From Octopus sinensis (taxonomy: Eukaryota): a stretch of 6,245 nt of DNA. A program made the translations under genes and the position numbers. The DNA is taken from contig NW_021829768.1 in NCBI RefSeq assembly GCF_006345805.1, positions 1 to 6,245 of the forward strand, given 5' to 3'. The notes beneath the pieces are model-generated. The model searched no databases. It worked only from the letters and a program-made list of their open reading frames with translations, and was not told the origin of the DNA. Shown here piece by piece: positions 1-6,245 of this stretch (positions are counted from its first letter, which is position 1; every line of letters starts with the position of its first letter).

Positions 1-47
1 ACTTAATTAGAAAGCAAAATCGACGGAATTTAGACAGACGAAATACC
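1..47 (-). repeat. Abridged (multiply deleted) partial second copy of the adjacent SINE, possibly cut by the window edge
   Basis: CAGACGAAATACC occurs at 35-47 and 218-230 (183-bp spacing). Blocks ACTTAATT, AAAGCAAAATCGAC, CGGAATTT and CAGACGAAATACC in 1-47 follow the same order as their counterparts in about 146-230. Confidence 0.7.
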
Positions 48-277
48 TATTTCTTTACTACCCACAAGGGGCTAAACATAGAGAGGACAAACAAGGACAG
101 ACAAACGGATTAAGTTGATTATATCGACGCCAGTGTTTCTCTGGTACTTTATTATCGACCCCGAAAGGATGAAAGGCAAAGTCGACCTCGGCGGAATTTG
201 AACTCAGAACGTAACGGCAGACGAAATACCGCCAAGCATTTCGCCCGTCGTGCTAACGATTCTGCCAGCTCACCGCC
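48..277 (-). mobile_element. tRNA-derived SINE, octopus-type
   Basis: The minus strand begins GGCGGTGAGCTGGCAGAATCGTTAGCACG, with an A-box-like TGGCAGAATCGT (plus 256-267) and a B-box-like GAGTTCAAATTCC (plus 193-205) at tRNA-like spacing. The body GTCGACTTTGCCTTTCATCCTTTCGGGGTCGATAATAAAGTACCAG...GGGTAGTAAAGAAATAGG matches a very common Octopus SINE as I recall it. Family name not verified. Confidence 0.88.
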
Positions 278-560
278 GCAACAACAATAATAATATAAAC
301 GCATTGGTTAATTTCACTCTTTTATTGCAAGTCAAATAGTTAGTTTATCTAACGATCTGACTAACAAAGGAATACAAATTAACGAGTGCGACGTGCTTTA
401 TAGATGACATCATGACCCTCTCTTGAAACAATACCATTTAAATGTTATGGTATTTATTAGTTCTCCGATTCCTTTCAGGAGTGTGCAATAAAAACAATAC
501 CAGTTGGGTAGAAAAAAATGAAGTCATAAATATTATTTTGCGCTGGGAGCTCGATTTTAA

Positions 561-779
561 CCCATATATGCCCATAAAAAATGTTTACTGTATTTAGATG
601 AAACGTTTTGGTAAGCTTTCACACTCTGGAAGAGACGGACAGTATGCAACTATTAGCTACGGGTGTCGACTACCTACTGGACATTTTGTATGGTCATCAG
701 ATGCTTTCCGGCGAGGTCATGTCCAAACAAGTACGAGCAGGTTTTGCGTTGCGAAAACGCAATCAGGGGTATAAATGGG
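561..779. mobile_element. piggyBac-superfamily non-autonomous element (MITE), 219 bp
   Basis: TTAA at 557-560 and 780-783 flanks CCC...GGG termini. The left end CCCATATATGCCC (561-573) matches the reverse complement of the right end, CCCATTTATACCC (767-779), at 11/13. TTAA duplication with CCC termini is the established piggyBac signature. No transposase ORF. Confidence 0.82.
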
Positions 780-1334
780 TTAACCTCGAGCGCGGGCGTG
801 CGGAAGACAAATTTTTGTACAAATATTGCTGCAGTCACGGTGATGTTGGGTAGAAAGAATAGGTGCCTGAGCTATTTGAGATTATCCCAATATTCGAAAC
901 CGTTACGGGATGCTTCAGTGTTCAAGTTTTGTTTGGTACAGAGGGAAACCTGAATAGTGAACGGATAAATATTCAAGTTAAACATCCAAAAGATTTTCAA
1001 AGAACTATGAAAACCATTCTGCGAGTTGTGTTGATTGCTGATGCTTACACTGCAGATTCGTTTGTTGTATCTGTTGTATCTTATTACAACGAAGTCTTTA
1101 CTTCATGTCGCGAGAAACTTATCCGAGCGAGCAGAATATGGCCAAGAATTGATAATTTAGCAGCAGGTTGCATTTATTCTTCCCGCCCATTGAATTTTTC
1201 ATTCTCTAGCTTCTCGATCTCTGGAACTCGTTTCATTACCCTCATCTTATCATCCTATGGAATTTTGATATTCACTTTTTGTTAATCTACAAATTTGTAG
1301 GATCAAGCCTTTCTTCTTTCAAAGTCCCTTACGC

Positions 1335-1627
1335 CAGCGCTACTCAAACTGGTAGGCCGCTGACCGGTGCCGGTCTGCAAGCCATCAGCTGCCGGTACGT
1401 GTTAAGTTTCCAAAAAGAAAAAAAAACGCTATAAATTGCTAATAAAATGCTTATGTAATACTGTAGTAATTGTTTACAAAATAAAAAAAGATAAAAAAAT
1501 TATATTCACAATATATATATATATAGTTTCCGGTATAAGTTAATATTATTAAGAAATATTACCGGTCCCTGGCACATTGGAAGAAAAAACTGCGAGTATG
1601 CCACATCAGATAGTTTGCAAAGTACTG
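1335..1627. mobile_element. hAT-superfamily (Buster/Charlie-like) non-autonomous DNA transposon, 293 bp
   Basis: A perfect 8-bp direct repeat CCTTACGC lies at 1327-1334 and 1628-1635, with central TA (nnnTAnnn, the Buster-type target). Imperfect TIRs: CAGCGCTACTCAAACT versus right-end reverse complement CAGTACTTTGCAAACT (11/16). CCGGT motifs occur at 1364, 1370, 1392, 1530 and 1562. Confidence 0.88.
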
Positions 1628-2149
1628 CCTTACGCAATAATGGTCTCAGACCTTGTCTGGAACAAAGTTGTTTATAAAATAAAAGGATGTTAACTCATAC
1701 TATATATATATATTTTTCTATTCTCAAGAGGTATGGTAAAAGCGTGGAGACATCATTACTTAAAACAGTTTCTATAAACAAATTTTGAAAATCAAAACCG
1801 TCACAGCGCCAAGGAGCGATCGATTACTTCTAAATTATGCCGAGTTTATACAAAAACGCTCTCAATTCCCTATTTATAAATATTTTTACTTTTAGAAAAG
1901 CTATCTCAATAAGGCGATCATGCCTGTGTGCCTTAATTTTCCATGGAAGCATGGAAATATGGGCGCTAGAATGACAATCACTTACAGATACCGACCGTGC
2001 CTAAAGCGTTTTATAAGCTACCAATTTTACCTTATATAAATTGGGCTGCTATTATTTTTCAGCCCCAATCCTCCTCATAATCATAATAATTTTCTAAATT
2101 GATTTTTGAAAAATATTTTTTTAAAAAAAACGAGAGAAAAAACGATTTT

Positions 2150-2369
2150 TCGTGGCCGTCGCCTGTATCACCTGGCTGGCACTCGTGCTGGTGGCACGTA
2201 AAAACACCCACTACACTATCAGAGTGCTTGGTGTTAGGAAGGGCATCCAGCTGTAGAAACTCTGCCAGATCCAAGATTGGAGCCTGGTGCAGCCATCTGG
2301 TTCGCCAGTCCTCAGTCAAATCGTCCAACCCATGCCAGCATGGAAAGCGGACGTTAATGATGATGATGA
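2150..2369 (+). mobile_element. 5'-truncated non-LTR retroposon: 3' end of an RTE-clade LINE or an RTE-tailed SINE
   Basis: GGTGGCACGTAAAAACACCCACTACAC...GTTAGGAAGGGCATCCAGCTGTAGAAACTCTGCC...CCAACCCATGCCAGCATGGAAAGCGGACGTTAA is followed by a (TGA)4 tail (2358-2369). It matches an abundant octopus repeat 3' end as recalled, with a 3' stem-loop CCATG-CCAG-CATGG at 2330-2343. No clear TSD; the 5' boundary is approximate and RTE assignment is from memory. Confidence 0.82.
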
Positions 2370-3467
2370 ATCCAACCAAAAATTTTCATTTTTTGTGACA
2401 TCTTATTTTTTATTAGGACTAAAAATACGATGAAAACGAAAAGCTAAATAAAAACACAAACAAAAGAAGTACATTTTTCAATTAAATTTTAATATCGATG
2501 TACACTATTTACAAATTGATTCTTTTTTTTTAATATTTGTATGATTTTTTTTTCATTTTTCGCTTGTGAAAAAATTTACAAAATGTACACATTTGAAAAA
2601 AAAAGTATGTATACATATGTATAATATATAATATATAAATGCATATAAACATGTTATATTCCATCCAGCCATTCTCTATCTTTGCACAATACTGGGTGAA
2701 GCCTCAGCATCACCCTTGCCGGCTTATCCATGCCGATATTACATATTATATATGCGACAGATATATGTATTTATATATACAATTCCTTTCATTTTCCCTT
2801 TTTTTTTGTATTATATATATATATATTTTTTATTCCAATAAATTAAATTTTTGTATGTTTTTAATTTTAGATTGTGGAGATTTGATAGTTGGTTGTGTTT
2901 TTGTTTGATTTTGTATTTTTATTTCTCTGTATGTGTTATGTTTGTTTATAATATGGATATTTCAGCATTGTTTTTATATCACTCCCGTTTTTTGTAGTAT
3001 TTATAGATATTAGTTCAACAAATGTTTAACTTTTTTCTCATGCCAAGCGATATTAATTAAACCAAATCCTATTTATGATACATAGCCTGTCACAAGTTGC
3101 TATACGATAACCAAATCTTACTAATCAATTTCTGACAATGTTGTAAAGAACAGGCTGAAAGGCCAATAAGAGAGAAAGTCATTATCAGTTAATGTTGGAC
3201 CATAACTATCATCAAAATTGCATTTGCCACTGATAAACAATAGTGCAACCACACCAGAACTGTGGAATTGCAGCCCAGTACAAGTTACAAGGTTGTTTTC
3301 GCCAATGTTTCATTTTTATCAGCCGTATCAAGTGTTTAGCTCCATCGACATAAAACTTTGTCTTAATGTTAACCATAACATTATATATACTGTAAATGAA
3401 ATTAAGACGATGAGGTTGAAATCTAGGAATAGTTTGTTTACTGCAAAGTTTCAGAGGCTACAACTAC

Positions 3468-3704
3468 AGCATAAATCATGCGTTTGTATCAGTTGATAAT
3501 ACCAGAAGGCCTAACAACTACTGCATTGTTGTCTGTGTGTTAAGCCTCATAAACCATGCAGTCCATTTTATGACCTGATAGCTCGGTCAACATGAAACTT
3601 GACGAATACAAAAACATGGATGATGATATCCAACAAAGACCGGACATAGTAACTGTTGCCACAGCGGTCCAGGATATAGCATAAATCATGTTTGTATCAA
3701 TTGA
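3468..3704 (+). repeat. Dispersed 27-29-bp direct repeat pair (3468-3496 and 3678-3704)
   Basis: AGCATAAATCATGCGTTTGTATCAGTTGA versus AGCATAAATCATG--TTTGTATCAATTGA: one substitution and a 2-nt indel, with starts 210 bp apart. Confidence 0.85.
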
Positions 3705-4439
3705 GGACTCCATCCACATGAAGTGTTTACCTTGTCTGGAGCTAATTATGCAATTTAAGATTAGAAATACTAACGTGTGTAAAACAGTATTTCAAAGGAA
3801 AGGAAAATAAAGATAATGAAGAGTTTCTCAGAAGATTATGTCCTTAGTTTTTACTATTCATATCTAGTTGATATTGTCACATCATTCATTTGGTTTCATT
3901 AACTTCATAGTATATATTACTGCTTATATTAATTATTACTAACTCATTCCAACGATCCCACCGCAACGTCACACACTTCGACGAGAAAAGTTAAGGAATT
4001 TAAAGTATAGCTGGATTTCTGCAATTTATTAAGCTAGTATTTTCTGGTGCCATATTTAGCTTGCTTTCTTGTCTCCACCCGCAAGCAAAATTGCACGTTG
4101 AAAAAAAAAAGACTCAAGTGTTTGAATGATACATTTTACAAAAGGTGTGTGCATTTTTTGATTTTCAAAACTTAAGTTATGTGAATTAAGAAAATGGATT
4201 TTGTATTTTTTTGTAAATGAAAAATTCCTTTCATTTAATGAATAATCTAAATTGTAATAATTATTTTGTAAAATGTGTTCCAGTTTGTGTGTTTTGCCTA
4301 TGGTGTATTTATTTATAGAGGCATATTAAAAAAAAATACCATTAATACTCTACAGGCTGCAACACTGTAGACTTGGTGGGATGTGGTTGGGAAGGTCCGT
4401 CAATTTTACATCAGTCAACCTTCGATACCGAAGTGGTCT

Positions 4440-4505
4440 ACAGCAGGGATTGGAACTCGGTGCAAGGAATGGATACACCTTATAATTGTGCCAATCCACT
4501 GACCT
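4440..4505 (-). mobile_element. Possible decayed tRNA-like/SINE head with Pol III internal promoter remnants
   Basis: The minus strand has an A-box-like GGTCAGTGGATTGG (plus 4491-4504) and a B-box-like GAGTTCCAATCCC (plus 4446-4458) about 32 nt apart. No intact cloverleaf. Confidence 0.35.
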
Positions 4506-4549
4506 TAGAATAAATAATAACTAGTAATAGAACAGAGAACAGAGAAATG

Positions 4550-4551
<2 letters not shown>

Positions 4552-4583
<32 letters not shown>
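4552..4583. repeat. (GA)16 microsatellite
   Basis: Uninterrupted GA dinucleotide run. Confidence 0.98.
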
Positions 4584-4586
<3 letters not shown>

Positions 4587-4765
4587 CTGATTTGTTATTT
4601 GATACGGGAAATACTTCAATTGTTATTTTGCCCTAATTGCCATCACAATTTCACGTATTCTAAGTTTAAAAAAAAAAAGAGATAGAAAAACAAGCTTGTT
4701 TGATTGATTGATAAAGCATTCTGAAATGTTTTCGGCGATGAACACCACAACACTAAACACACCAG

Positions 4766-4985
4766 CAGGTGTCTGCAGTGTGTTGTGTGTGTATGTGGAA
4801 AGATGGTATTAGAACAAGATGGCTTCTACCCCACGCCCTTTCTTCTCCCCAGCACCAAAAACAAATATCCGCCATTTTATAAATTTTATATGAGGATATT
4901 TTTTCTTGTTACCATAGGGATGCGCCACACGTTCTGGTCGTTGAATGTCAAACTAGGATAGGAAGTGTATGTATGCGCGTGCGCG
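4766..4985. promoter_or_regulatory. Candidate cis-regulatory motif cluster
   Basis: E-box CAGGTG (4766-4771), YY1-like AAGATGGC (4816-4823) and CCGCCATTTT (4869-4878), Sp/KLF-like CCACGCCC (4831-4838), ETS-like AGGAAGTG (4960-4967) and NRF1-like TGCGCGTGCGCG (4974-4985). Motif matches only. Confidence 0.25.
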
Positions 4986-5118
4986 TGTGATAGCACATCT
5001 AAGTCAGATAACATTTATGAATGAAAACATGAATGAATCTTATGCAATGTAAGGTGGTTCGTCTCAAATTGAAAATCCGCCAAAACATCAATTCCAACAC
5101 GCATATATACATACATAA

Positions 5119-5148
5119 TATATATATATGTGTGTGTGTATATATATA
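5119..5148. repeat. Compound (AT)n(GT)n(AT)n microsatellite
   Basis: ATATATATATATGTGTGTGTGTATATATAT seen directly. Confidence 0.9.
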
Positions 5149-5179
5149 ATACAAACTTATGTCAGTGTTTGTAAATAAA

Positions 5180-5263
5180 ATCGCACTGTGTGGTAAATCA
5201 TTCTCTTCATCGCAGTGTGGGGTAAATCAATGTCTCTGTGCTGCACTGTGGTAAATCATTCTG
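5180..5263. repeat. Three-copy degenerate tandem repeat with a 29-bp period
   Basis: The core GGTAAATCA occurs at 5192, 5221 and 5250. The units are ATCGCACTGTGTGGTAAATCATTCTC, ATCGCAGTGTGGGGTAAATCAATGTC and CTGCACTGTGGTAAATCATTCTG. Confidence 0.9.
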
Positions 5264-5693
5264 TCAGGTGGGGTTTTTTTTTTTAAGTAAAAAGACCGCA
5301 AATGATAAAAGTTCTGATAACAAAAAAACATTCTATCTTGTGTTGTCTTTCAAAATAATTATTTAAAAAATTTTTTTTTTTTTGTTCTGTGGCTATCTTA
5401 AATTTCATAAGAGATTTTTTTATGTTTCGAATCTTAATTTTGATTATTATTTTTCTCTGTAGGTGGGTCAATTTCGTATGTTAAAAATTGGATTTTCGTT
5501 GGATTTCTTTTCGAACAAATCGTCTTTTTTTTTCACTCATGTTGCTGTTGCTTTGTTGTAATTAACTATAAATCTTATTCTTGTTTTGATATTATTAGAA
5601 TCCCCATATGTAAAAGGAATTCTTTCTGGGAGTGATGTTCGCATGACGAACAATAATGACGCTAATACCATTTTTGCTGAGTGCTTTGTTTTA

Positions 5694-5700
<7 letters not shown>

Positions 5701-5738
<38 letters not shown>
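5701..5738. repeat. (AT)19 microsatellite
   Basis: Uninterrupted AT dinucleotide run. Confidence 0.98.
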
Positions 5739-5741
<3 letters not shown>

Positions 5742-6101
5742 TGATGATGAATGCTTGGAGAATGTTCTTGTCTTATTTTCTGTTGTGATTCAGATTTTTT
5801 TGTCTTTCAAAAAATGTCTTGTAAAAAGAACGAGACGGTGCTAAGACGTTTTAATTTTTTTTTTTTTTTTCGTCTGCGTCAAATGGCCCTCTTTTTTTTT
5901 ACATAAGGGACAGGTGATGAGGAGGGGAGGAAAGATGAATTTTTTTTTTTTAAATCATATAAGAGAAAGACTGGGAAAGGAAGGGAGAAACAGACAGGAG
6001 GAGGTAGTTGTGTCCCTGAGTGAACTACCTTGCAACGATCGTTAATATCTTTAAATATTTGATCTGATGTTTTGAAATGAATGAGGCAGGAGCCAGGAAG
6101 T

Positions 6102-6150
6102 TGTGTGTGTGTCTATATATTATATATATATGCTATAATAATATATATAT
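6102..6150. repeat. Imperfect (TG)n/(AT)n low-complexity tract
   Basis: TGTGTGTGTG followed by interrupted TA runs. Confidence 0.85.
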
Positions 6151-6245
6151 TTTCTCCATTGGTATCTTTCTTCCAACTGGCACCAACCCCGAGACAATTT
6201 CTGCAAAGAAAAATAAAACGAATTATTGAATATTATTATATACAA

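Noticed and set aside
193-277. Functional tRNA gene
   Set aside because: A and B boxes are present, but there is no complete cloverleaf and the sequence continues into a SINE body.
320-493. 10-bp inverted repeat TTTTATTGCA/TGCAATAAAA and an internal 8-bp hairpin (430-454) as a possible MITE
   Set aside because: The arms are very AT-rich and no target-site duplication is evident, so this is compatible with chance.
694-700. Hammerhead ribozyme core CTGATGA on the minus strand (also CTGATGT near 4408-4414 minus)
   Set aside because: No stem II followed by GAAA and no stem I/III geometry could be built. The second site lacks the conserved A.
608-1285. ORFs 608-853 and 863-1285 share a frame, separated by two TAG stops, resembling a pseudogene; ORF 663-953 overlaps them
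   Set aside because: The frame starts inside the piggyBac MITE and crosses its right boundary at 779-783. The first two starts are TTG/GTG, which are not normal eukaryotic starts, and no recognisable domain or transposase motif is present in any of the three ORFs.
2040-2069. Hairpin ATTGGGCTG...CAGCCCCAAT as a terminator or Helitron end
   Set aside because: It has a bulged short stem with no following U-tract or CTRR terminus, and bacterial terminators are not relevant here.
2059-2398. ORFs 2059-2379 (-) and 2099-2398 (+)
   Set aside because: Both are chimeras of the retroposon 3' tail and poly-A/T flanks. The MMMM run is just the (TGA)n tail.
2639-2908. 89-aa ORF with a hydrophobic C-terminus
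   Set aside because: The Y/I/F-rich composition is the translation of (AT)n and poly-T tracts.
3218-3496. 92-aa ORF
   Set aside because: TTG start, no recognisable motif and no convincing pair of splice sites.
5180-5263. CRISPR-like repeat-spacer array
   Set aside because: Eukaryotic context, only three degenerate units, spacers homologous to each other and no cas genes.
5283-5471. 62-aa minus-strand ORF
   Set aside because: K/I/N/F-rich translation of homopolymer tracts.
6001-6031. let-7-like microRNA precursor (GAGGTAGT)
   Set aside because: Identity with let-7 stops after 8 nt and the hairpin of about 30 nt is far too short for a pre-miRNA.

Overview
AT-rich, microsatellite-rich, non-coding eukaryotic DNA. 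Two repeats match, from memory rather than a database search, abundant Octopus (coleoid cephalopod) interspersed repeats, so this is most likely octopus intronic or intergenic sequence. I find no credible protein-coding gene; the listed ORFs look incidental and several cross repeat boundaries. Supported features are a tRNA-derived SINE on the minus strand (48-277) with an abridged copy of itself at 1-47, a 219-bp piggyBac-type MITE with TTAA duplications (561-779), a 293-bp hAT (Buster/Charlie-type) non-autonomous element with a perfect 8-bp target duplication (1335-1627), a 5'-truncated RTE-tailed retroposon ending in (TGA)n (2150-2369), a possible decayed Pol III/SINE head (about 4440-4505) and several microsatellites. 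Unexplained structure includes a motif repeated three times at a 29-bp period (5180-5263), a 27-29-bp direct repeat 210 bp apart (3468 and 3678), a cluster of promoter/enhancer-like motifs (4746-4985), several hairpins and minus-strand splice-like signals near the right end. I do not see convincing evidence of a new biological system. The two short DNA transposons and the 29-bp periodic motif are the best leads.
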